The notes beneath the pieces were generated by a model, which worked only from the letters and a program-made list of their open reading frames with translations, did not search any database and was not told the DNA's origin. A program made the position numbers and the translations under genes. A DNA stretch of 44,892 bases, counting the filler, from Jimgerdemannia flammicorona (Eukaryota), in NCBI GenBank assembly GCA_003990765.1. It is 2 parts of 2 records of this genome, joined end to end, with 100 filler letters (N's around TTAATTAATTAA, not from the genome) between each part and the next. Parts side by side here need not be neighbours in the genome. Positions count along the whole stretch, not along the records: positions 22,497 to 44,892 come from RBNJ01001287.1; 1 more part is not named here. The stretch is one strand, 5' to 3'. Below are positions 25,043 through 35,342 of this stretch, piece after piece; position 1 is the stretch's first letter; every line of letters begins with the position of its first letter.

Positions 25043-25411
25043 TGTCACATAGTGGTCGCTGAGTCCTTCAAATATGTCAGATTCTCTTCAAGGTGTATCT
25101 CTTAGACTAACTCAAGTTTGTTATAAGCAAGTTCTTATTGGAGTGCCTTCCCAAGGTCTTATAGTCCTCAAACTTCTTATCTTTAAACTGTCTTGTTATC
25201 TCTTTAGATTTCTTGCAAGGAATTGTGTATATTATACTGAGAGGAACTGACTTTATTTTAGAGGAAATAAGAGAGGTATTTATAAAATATAATTCAATAG
25301 TTGCTAAGATATAAAGTTAAATATAAATTCCAATAACTAAAATAAAATGCCAGGACAGGAAAAACTACTAAGTTCCAGGATCGACACTGATAGTTGTATA
25401 GGTTCAGGATG

Positions 25412-25568
25412 CTGGTATAATTCAGTATCACATCAAATACTGGTACTGGAACAATTCCGTGTCACCTCAGAATGCCGGTACTGGTATTATTCAGTGTTAT
25501 ATCAAATGCTGGTGCTGGCATTATTCAGTATTACATCAAATGCCAGTGCTGGCATTATTCAGTATAAC
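25412..25568. repeat. About 4.5 copies of a 34-bp tandem unit containing a palindrome, in the Gypsy terminal region
   Basis: Units start at 25412, 25446, 25481, 25515 and 25549; consensus approximately ctggcattattcagtattacatcaaatgccagtg. Confidence 0.85.
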
Positions 25569-28500
25569 CAAGGGACTTAGAGCAGAATGTTCAGAACTAT
25601 GGGGGCTTTATCATCAGAGGTCAGAATGTCTTCAAAGGAGATGAGGTTCACGAATTTGTCATCATCATTGTTGTCATCACATAGGTCATGTGTCTCATGT
25701 ATGTCATGTATTTCGCATGCTTTGATGTCATGTGGGATGACATCATCACTGATGACATCATCACGTTCAGCGGCGGAAAGGAGGTCTGGAGCTCTCCAGT
25801 CTATGAGGTTCTCTTCCACAAAATAGTGGGGTCTTGGGGAGGTCTAACCTGGATGCTTGGGCCTTAGAATACTGAGATCAATCTTTACAGGAATTGGTCT
25901 GAGTTGTCCTGAAGGATAGGATGCCAGAAGTCTTCTACTTTATCACTATTGAGGGTGATAGTGGACTGGGCTTCTGTAGCCACCCTGGCTTCTAGTGCAT
26001 TGATACAGCAGGATGACAGGTCTCTGAAGTCTGAGACTCTAACATACTCCAAGTTGGGGATTGACCATGGTACATGCCTGAAGATCTGATGGATCTTCTT
26101 AGCTGTCCTCATTTCACATATATCTATGGGAGTGACATCTTATAGCTCTTGAGTGCTGGCCTGTGGGAACTCCTGGTAGAGGAGGTTTCCTATTTCATAC
26201 TCCTGCCACATTTGGAGGCATTCAGTAGCAATGGTGATCCTTGTTTCCATTTTACAGTGGTAGAGGATATAGTGATAAGAGTCACCAGTACTCAGGTTGA
26301 TACTAGGAGTCCTTCTTAAGCAGGTTCTCATGGCTCTTCTGATGTCTTGGAACATCTTTTCTTCAACCAAGGTGCCTTAGTGATTCCTTGACCTTGAGGT
26401 TTGGCAGGTAGCAGGCATTTCATTGGTAGTGAGTCTTTGAGCTATTTTGGGATTGGTGGGTCTTGTTGATTGCTGTTACTGCAGTTCTTTGATTCTTCTT
26501 TTATATTTCTCAAGATGCTTATACTGTGGTCACAATGACTCACAGTTGGTCATTGTTGCTCATCTCATATACTGTATGATCTTCTTGTGCTCCAATCTAG
26601 TAACTTACAAGGAAAGACTGTCTCCTGTACTGATGTCATCATTCTGGGATCACTATTACATCTTCCTTCTGAATAAGGATCTTCTCGAGCATCTTTATTC
26701 ATTAGTCCAGTCTTGAAAAATTTGCTGATCCCATAACCTCTGGCAAGGGGTCAAAAAGTGGTGTTTATGGGCTGACATCTTCTCTTTGTATTTTGGCATG
26801 ATGGTGAAGGGTCACTTCCTTCATATAGAGTAAGGGCCTGATTCTGATCTTGACCAATCAGTTGATGGTTCAAACTCCTCTGGCTTCGAAAGTCTCATAG
26901 ATGAGTAGTTGCTGGTGCCATATCTCTTAGAGAATGGTCCAGACAGATAGCCTACTGGTTATGGGACATGCTGTTATGATTCATGGACTAGAACCTTGCA
27001 GGTGGTCATCATGTTTTGCTTCTCTTATATAGGTTTGTGGTACTTCTTGAGTCTGTTCCTATGTATCATGATAGGCAGTATAGTCCCTGAGATTTTTCTA
27101 AGCCAGAAGGTAGTTCTCTTGATATCTTGCACATAGAAGGGTCCTTCTCATTTGGGCTCCAGTTTTTGCAACCATGAGGCTTCTACCATATTTCGATATA
27201 GTAGAACCTTTTCTCCAATTCAGATGGGTTCTAGGGTCTTGTGATTTTTTTCTGCATTCTTCCTTATCAGCGCTTATGACTTGATAATGTAATCTTCTGC
27301 CTTCTTTCTGATTTAGTGTAGTCTCCGGGTTTCTGCATCGACCCATCTCCAAGTTAGATCTAGATTTGTGGCTGAGGTTCCATCAGAATCTTCTTCTCCA
27401 AAGAGCAGTTCTCTTGGGGTAAAGTGTGTGCTCTGTGACCATATGTCTTATAGGATAGAGAGGGCAGTTGGGAGATAGTTATCCCAATTCTCATATGTCT
27501 CTGAGATCTTTGCTAGGATGTTCTTGAGGGTCTTATTGATTCTCTCTGTCTGTCCATTTCCTTGAGGGTGGTACATGGTAGTCTTGATGTACTGGATCTT
27601 GTATTTCTGATATATTATCTCATGGAATCCATTGACAAATTCTGTGCCATGGTCTGTTGTGATTTGCTTTGGTGTCTTGTAGTGACAGATAATTTCTCAG
27701 TACAAGAAGTTAGCTATAGAGAGGGCATTGGCTTCTTGTAATACTCCTGCTTCTATCCATTTGGTGAAGAGGTCTACAATAACTATAATATAGTAGTTTC
27801 CTGATAGTGTTACTGGTAGTAGCCCAATGATATCCATTGCAATGTGGTGGAAGGGGATAGGCTCAATTCTTGATGACCTGGGTGCCTGGTCTTGCTGATC
27901 TTATTTCTGTTTTTGGTACTTGTCACACTCTTTGACAAATTGGCATAGGTCTTCTTCTATCTTGGGCCACCATATGGTTCTTCTTGCTTTGTTATATGTA
28001 TTGGTTCCTCCTAAGTGTCTTTGCTCGTGTACTTCCTTCATTACTTGATACTTCTTGTGTTCAGGTATTACTAGCTTTCCTCCTTTTCTGAGTGTAGTAT
28101 TGTCTAGTTCAAACTGTTTCCAAGTCCAGTTGATGATGGTGATTGTCCAGGGTTCGAGGTGGTTGAGTATCTTCTGCTGCCCAAGGTAGCTGATTAATCC
28201 ATAATATAGCTCCTTATTCATGTTGAATAGTCTTGATGGGGTGTGTTTTGGGGTATCCTTGAGAGTGTATCAGCATTGGTGTTAGTTCTTCCTGAGCAGT
28301 ATTTGATAGTACAGTCATACTCTTGCAGCCTGTAGATCCATCTGATATATATTCCTTTAGAGTTCAGAGTGTGGAATAGCCAGGCAAGAGCAGAATGGTC
28401 TGTTTGAATAGTGAAGTGTTTCTCAGCTAAATAGAGTGGAACTTGTCTACTGCCCAAACTACTGCTAAGCATTCAAGCTTGTATGACTTGTAGTTCTGTT

Positions 28501-29734
28501 CTGCTCTATAGATACCTCGGCTTGCATAGGAGATGACATATTCATGTCCATCTTTCTTCTGAGCTAGGACTGCTCCAAGTCCTATGGCACTTGCATCTGT
28601 CTGCAGGATGAATTCTAGATTCCAATCTGGTCTTCTGAGGATAGGTACTTGGATCAACCTGGTCTTGAGTTTATTGAAGATTTCTTGGCATTCCTTAGTC
28701 CATTCGAATTTTGTTTTCTTCTTCAGTAGCTCGTAGATAGGTACTATAATGTTGGAGTATCCTTTGATGAATCTTCTGTAGTAGCTGGCCAGTCCAAAGA
28801 AGGCATGGACTTCTGTGGTTGTTCTGGGTCCCAGGTAGGCTGCAACAGCCTCAATCTTCATGGGGTCTGTCTGGATTCTGGTCTGATTGATGAGGTGTTC
28901 TAGATAGGTGATTTCTTGAGCTACAAACTTGCATTTCTTGGGTTTGATGTAGAGGCCATGCTCCTTGAGCTTCTTGAGGGCTAGCTGTATGTGATTGACA
29001 TGTTCTCGTACAGTATTGCTGAAGATGATCACATCATCAATATAGACAAAGAGCCATTTTCCAATTTCATTGCTAAAGACTCTGTTCATCATTCACTGAA
29101 AACTTACTGGGGCATTGCACATTCCAAATGGCATTTGCAGGTAGATATAGGTGGCATCAAGTGTGATGAAAGCTGATTTCTCACTAGCATCTTGAGTGAG
29201 ACCAATCTGATGGAAGCCTGAGAACAGATCCAAGGTGGTGTAGTATTTGGCTTTGCTTCCAAGAGTGGTAAGGATTTCTTGAATATTTGGCAAGGGCTGC
29301 CTATCCTTCTTGGTGATGGTATTGAGCTTCCTGTAATCAATACAGAGTCTTGGTGCAACTCTCCAAGCTTGCTTCCTTTCTTCAGGGCAAGGACAATGGG
29401 TGAAGCCCAGGAACTGATAGCTTGCTTGATGATTCCAGCTTCTTCTATTTCCTTGAGTTCTGCTCACAGCCATTCTCTGTAGGCAGGTGGTATGGGTCTG
29501 GCTTTCTGATAGATGGGCTTGGTATCACCAGTGTCAACTTTGTAGTAGTACTTGGGTTCTTGATTGTGGATATCCCTAAAGTCTGTAGCAAGTACTCCTT
29601 CATTCTGGTGCAGGATCTTGAGAAGTTGTTCCTCCAGGGGAAAGTTTTCTCCAATGGTATATGTGTGCTTATTCTGGTCCTTGTCTTTCTTGTGCTTAAG
29701 TTCAGTAATCTTGGTGGCAGTATAGGCTCCTCTT

Positions 29735-30150
29735 CCAGTAGATCCAAAGCCTTGTTCTTCTCTCTTAGTCTTGATAAGTTTGATGGCTTCTATGATCTTG
29801 GGCTTCTTGACTTCATGGATCATCATCTGGCCAATCCTGTCATACTTCTTGACTTTGAATGGGGTGGTGGGGTTGTAATTTCTGACTATGAGGAAGATCT
29901 CACCAGTGTAATCAGGGTCAATTACTCCTCCTTTAACTGAGATTTCACTTTTGGCCAGACTGCTCCTGGTCTTGATAATTCTGGTATGGTTTTCTGGCAA
30001 CTTGACTCCAATTCCAGTGCCAAGTAGGGTGGTAGTCTGTGGTTCAAGAGTAGCATCTTGAATGCTGGTAAGGTCTATTCCTATGGCTCCTTCAGTCTTG
30101 TATTCTGGGATCTTGGCTTTAGGGTGAAACTTCTTGACCTTGAGGGTTAT
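29735..30150 (-). CDS. Retroelement-encoded trimeric dUTPase domain (within pol)
   Basis: Motifs GAIGIDL, RSSLA, GVIDPDYTGEI, DRIGQM and REEQGFGSTG, in the expected order. Confidence 0.92.
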
Positions 30151-31544
30151 GTCTGTTTCTTGTTCCTCCTTATCATCACTGTCAGCCTGAAGCTCTGGGG
30201 GCTGGTCATCTTCTTTGGCTTTCCTTTTTACTTTAGCAGCTTCTTGCTCATGTTTCTGTTGGCAGATTTTCCTGACTTCACTGATAGGACCAGCAGTCAT
30301 TCAGGTATTCAGAGCAGTACATCCTAGTACCATGGGGGCATCTTTCTTGAGGGGTATAGCCATCAATGATCTTGTTGTACCACTGCTCATCTGTGAGCTT
30401 GGGTGTCTTGTTCTTGTTCTTATTCACTGAGTGCATGAAGACCTCTGTGTCCTCTTCATCTCCTTCTTCTATGTCTAGTAGGGCTTCTTTGTGGACATTG
30501 ATAGAGACTTGTACCTTTCTTCCTCTATAGTTGATCTGTATCTTCTAGGCATTGAGATCAATGATGGCCTTGGTCTTGTGAAGCCATTGGTTGCCAATGA
30601 GGATGTCATAGTTGGTGGTGCTTGTAACAATCATGTCTACTGGGATAGTAGTTCCTTCTATCTTGATGGGGACTTCTCATATTTTGCCAAGAGGGGTAGC
30701 TCATGTACCATCTGCTGTGACATAGACCATCTTAGTGGACTCTTCAATGTCCCAACCTAGGTAGTCAATTGTCTTCTTGCTCATGAGACATCCTCCAGCA
30801 TCAGTATCAATGATGGCATCAAAGATACAGTCTTCAATCTGACATGGGGTATAGGCTGATGTCTTGTGCTCGTCTTGGATGCTTTATCTGAGTTTTCAGA
30901 TTCTTCCTGTGTATTGTGAGCTTCTACAATCTTGTACTCTTGATTTTTGGTAGTAGTTGTAAGTCCTACTCTCAACTGCTGTCTGAAGGCAGGGACTTCG
31001 GCTAGTTGTCCAAAAGTAGCATTGACCTTCTGTTCCTTGAGATCCTTGTAGATATCATACTGGTGAATCTTGGTCTTGCACAGCTTCTGTTCCTTCTTGC
31101 TTTTGCTTTCTCCTGAGACTGGAGTAGTGCCTTCAATGATTTGGCAGGCAGCTTCATCTAACTCTATGTCTTGATCAATCTCCTCAGGTTGAGTCTTACT
31201 TTGAATAGTGATAGCTGGGGTCTTCTTTGGTCTTCCAACTGGCTTGCTGTTACTCTTCTTATCATAGGGCTTGGACCAGGTTCTGGTACCTTCAGTAGCA
31301 GGGTAGAATTCAAGCTCCTTGTAGTATTCTTCATCATCAGTATCACCAATCTCCTCAATGACTACTGCATTGATTTGTTCTCTGGTTCTGCTAGCATTGC
31401 TTGGTTGAGCTTTATGTCTTGTTTCAGTCATACAATTTTTTGCATAGTGGCCTTCTTCTCCACATCTAAAGCATGTGATATTGTATTCTTCTATAGTGGC
31501 TGCAAATCTCTATACTGGTCTCCTGTTGGCACTTTGGACTTCTC

Positions 31545-32848
31545 TTTTTTTTTTTTCTTTTTTTAGTCTCTTGGACTGCTCTTTATTACCGAAGTCTATA
31601 GTATTAACAATATAATGACACCCACCCCTTCAACCAATGCCCCGGGGGCCCAACCCCCCACCCTCAACCTCCCCCTGCCCAAGCACCACCCAATCACCCA
31701 CGACCCGAACCCTCCCACCACTCTTCTGGGAGATACACTGCACCAAACCCCTGTGGTACCCCCCACCCAGACCCCAACTCCGCCACCAGATGTTTAAAAT
31801 GTCCAACAGCAACCATTCCCACCGTGCCACCTTCTCTCCAACTCCAACCCGATACCTGTCCTCAAATACATATACCCAATGCTCCACCAACCCAACCCAC
31901 ATAGCCAAGGCCCAGCTAAGGGTCAGCCATTCATCCCCGACCCCACTCACTAATCGCCGGTGAAGCTCTCCCCATCTCCCCCCCCCCTCCCCTCCCCCAG
32001 CCCCCAACCCTAACCTGTCCATTATATATTTCCAGAACTCCCCCAAAACCTCACACTCACCAAGCCAATGTTCCGGCGTTTGTACCACCCCTCCCTCCTG
32101 ACTAATATTGAAACAATCCTCACACTCGAAAACCCCACCGTCCACCAAGTGACCAGACCAATAGTTCAGCATCACATTCTGCCAAAGAACCCACCACTAT
32201 GCCAACCAGAACTTGGGGGGCAGCCACTGCCTCACCCGTTTGCTCCAAAGCCAGAGCCCATTCCAATCCCACTCTTCTCTGATTCCAACCCTCTGCCAGG
32301 CTTCAGGCCACAGGTCTCCACCTAGGCCTCACAGGCACTCCAGACCCTCGCCAAGCTGAAAGTCCTCTACCAGGGCACCACCCAATAGGAGCCTGTCCCA
32401 TCTCCACATCTGCAGTCCCCAAACCTCCTCGGCCTTGTCACCCCACCACCGAAGGCCGATTTTCTTAGCACCATCCACTGCTCCCCACCAAAAGCCTGTA
32501 AACTGCATCCTCCAGCTCTCTTTCATGGCCACCATTGCAAGCAGGTCGCCGGAGCCACCACGTGGGGAGTATCGAACCTCCCACAGCCTCTGCATGAGTG
32601 GCACCCACTCCCGACCTCTAAGCTCACTCACCCTCCTTAGCCACCAGGTTCTCAGACATAAAAGCCGCTTAGTAAAGTCCACTAAGCCCAGTCCACCACT
32701 CTCCAAGGGCAGTGTGAGTACCTCCCAACCAACCTGGCTCTGTCGCCCTCCCCAAATCCATGACCTCGCCATCTTCAGCAACCTCATAACCACCCGCGGT
32801 GGAAAATCCAAATGATATCCAATATACCACAGCTTCAGCATCCAGTTC
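31545..32848 (-). mobile_element. 5'-truncated L1/Tx1-like LINE (ORF2 3' end + poly(A))
   Basis: KLWYIGYHLDFP...GGLGLVD and ECEDC...PEHWLGEC, homologous to 43730-44890. Poly(T) at 31545-31564, preceded on the minus strand by AATAAA. Confidence 0.9.
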
Positions 32849-35342
32849 CATGGTGTAGTACTTGTAATAGGACCCCAGGGTGGTGCAGCTTCTGGTGAAG
32901 GGGGTTCTCATGGTGACTAAGGAGGAGACTAGGAAGAGGGTGGAGGAGGTGATGATTGAGTATGGTGATGTGGTGAACATTGGCTTTCAGGTGTGGGAGG
33001 GGATGACAATCAGAACAGGCGATATTGATGTCAGGATTCGGCTGGTGGGCAAGGAGGCCATGGGGAAGGCAAGTGACTGGCCTTCTGTACTGATGTGGGG
33101 GGCATTTGTCTGTAAAGTGTTGAGGGTGAAGGGGAGTGAGAAGGAGGAAGAGGACTTGTTGGAGGCACTGGAGGAGATGAGTGGAGCTGTGGAGAGGAGG
33201 GCAAGGGCTTGGAAGATGTATGAGGGACAGGAAGATAGTGACTAAGGTAGTTGTTGCAAGGTTGCAGAAGGTTGCCCAACAGGTGCTGGGAGGAGGAGCA
33301 GTAGGGCTTTGTTGGAGGCAGACTTATAAGAGATGAGACTGCTTGGGTGCATGGTGTCATTGAAGGGGCCTGGACTTGTGGTCTGGATGGAAGGTTGGTC
33401 TTTTTGGACCTGGAGAAGGCCTATGATCGGGTCTGGTGGGTTTGGCTGGACAAGGTGTTGGATCATATTGGTGTTCCTCCAGGATTTTGAGCTTCTATGG
33501 TGAATCTGCTTGAGGGCAGTTGGGCAGTGCTAATGTGTAATGGTCACTGTTTGGGTGTTTACCTTGAGAAGAGGGGTTTCTCAGGGGGACCCCTTGTCCC
33601 CTATTCTCTATGCTCTCTCATTGGAACTATTAATAGATAGGATTTGCCAGAAGGTGGTGGGGCTCTCTATCTATGGCATAGTGTGGAAGGTGAGAGCCTT
33701 TGCAGATGATATAGTGGTTGGCCTTGGGTCTGTGGTAGATGTCGAGGCACTTAAGGAGATGGTGGAATGGTATGAGGATCACTCTGGGGCAAAGCTCAAC
33801 TGGCATAAGTGTGAGACTATAGTGTTAGAGAATGGACTGGTGGGTGGGAATGTCATTGGAACAATTGTCTCTACTGGTGAGGTAGTACAGTATCTGAGCA
33901 TCTTCCTCTCTGTGTATGGTTCTGTCTTGCCATGAGTGTGGTGGGAGAGCAGAGTGACTATTTCGGGGGAGGCTCTTTGAGGTTGGGGAGGTCGCCATAT
34001 CTCTCTAGCAGGGCGGGTATCAATTCTGAATACATACTGGTTCCCCAAGCTGTGGTATGTGGCATACCACCTAGACTTCCCAGCTTGGGTGGTAAAGAGG
34101 CTGACAAAGGTGGCTAGGGATGGGATTTGGGCAGAAAGGAGGTCCCAGATCAGTTGGGATACTCTTGCAATATCAGTGGACAGGGGAGGTCTTGGCCTTG
34201 TGGATTTCCCTAAGAGGTTGCACTGCTTGTAAGCCTGGTGGTTGAAGAGAGTGATGGAACTACAGGGAGGGGGATGGGTACTTCTGATGCAGAAGGTGTT
34301 GGAGATGAGAACCTCTCCCTGAGGGTCCTTGGGAGATCTACTTCCATTGGTAGGGCTCAATGGAATTTGGCGGCTGCAATTTAGGGACTTTTGGTGGGGA
34401 GTGGTCGATGGAGTATACAGAATTGGTCTGTGCTGGCAAGGCAATAAGGGGGAGGTGTTGTGGGGTCCTTGTTTATAGTGATGGGATAGACTGCTTCTGA
34501 GGGGTGCTCCACTTGCTACTTTGATATTGGGGATGGAGTGGAGTATCAGCAGGGTCTTGGCCAGGACCTTTGGCCAAGCAGTTGGCAGGCAGTCAGGATT
34601 GGCAAGGAGTGGGACTGGGCAGGTATCTGGTCTTAGAGTGCTGAGGTGTGGCAATGGCTTCCCCCCAAGTTCTGGGTGGTGTGGTGGTGAATACTGCAGA
34701 GAAATGTCATACTGAATTTCCACACTAGGCATCTGGTGGATGGTGGCTGTTTCGATTACAAGGAGTGTTACAATGTAGGGCAAGCTGAGGGTTTGGTGCA
34801 GATACCAGAACATTGGCTGGGGGAGTGTGAGGTTTTGGGGGACTTTTGGGTTGAAATAGGGAATAGACTAAGTGTGGAGCACAGGCCAGTGGGTGAAGGG
34901 GATCACTGGGAGGACTTGAGGTCTCAGCTAGTGGGAGGGGTGGGTGATAGTTGGCTCACTGTTGGGTGGGTGTTAGCAGTTTGGGTGGGATTGGCAGGAC
35001 ATTAGCTATTTCTGTTTAAGGAGGAGCAGTAGATGAGTCTGCAGAAGAAGGTTCTAAGGTGGGAGGAGCTGTTGGGGGATCTGATGACTGGATGGTAGAT
35101 AGGTTGGGGTCCTTCAGGGGTGCAGCGGTGAGGTTTGGTGGTGAGGATATGTGAACAGAGTGGTGGGAGGGTAGAGATTGCATTCAATAGAGTGGTGTTT
35201 CATCAAGAAGAGGTAGGGGGGAGGGGCCCCCCTAGGGGGATTGGATAGGGGGTGGGTTCACTGTACTTATATAGAATAGATGGGTGTAATAAAGGAAGAG
35301 TCCAAGTGACTATAAAAACAAAAAAAAAAAAAAAAAAAAAAA
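32849..35342 (+). mobile_element. Degenerate L1/Tx1-like LINE with an internal deletion (ORF1 fragment fused to RT), ending in poly(A)
   Basis: 32880-33230 matches ORF1 (EYGDVVNIGFQVWEG), then FLDLEKAYDRV, GVSQGDPLSP and FADD. AATAAA at 35288 and poly(A) to 35342. Confidence 0.9.

Larger units (their letters stand above)
25043..31544 (-). mobile_element. Ty3/Gypsy LTR retrotransposon copy A: gag (CCHC)-PR-dUTPase-RT-RNase H-IN-extra 3' ORF region-terminus; 5'-truncated and degenerate
   Basis: CFRCGEEGHYAKNC near 31430-31475; protease AIIDTDAGG...DILIGNQWL; dUTPase; RT LDLFSGFHQI and YIDD; RNase H LQTDASAIGLG; integrase region 27150-28000. Ends in TGTGACA at 25043. Confidence 0.92.

Noticed and set aside
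25412..25568. CRISPR-like palindromic repeats
   Set aside because: The units are contiguous with no unique spacers, there are no cas genes, and the context is a eukaryotic retroelement.
33779..34813. 344-aa minus-strand ORF and similar antisense ORFs over the LINEs
   Set aside because: These are shadow frames of G-rich LINE sequence, Pro/Ser/Leu-rich with no motifs.
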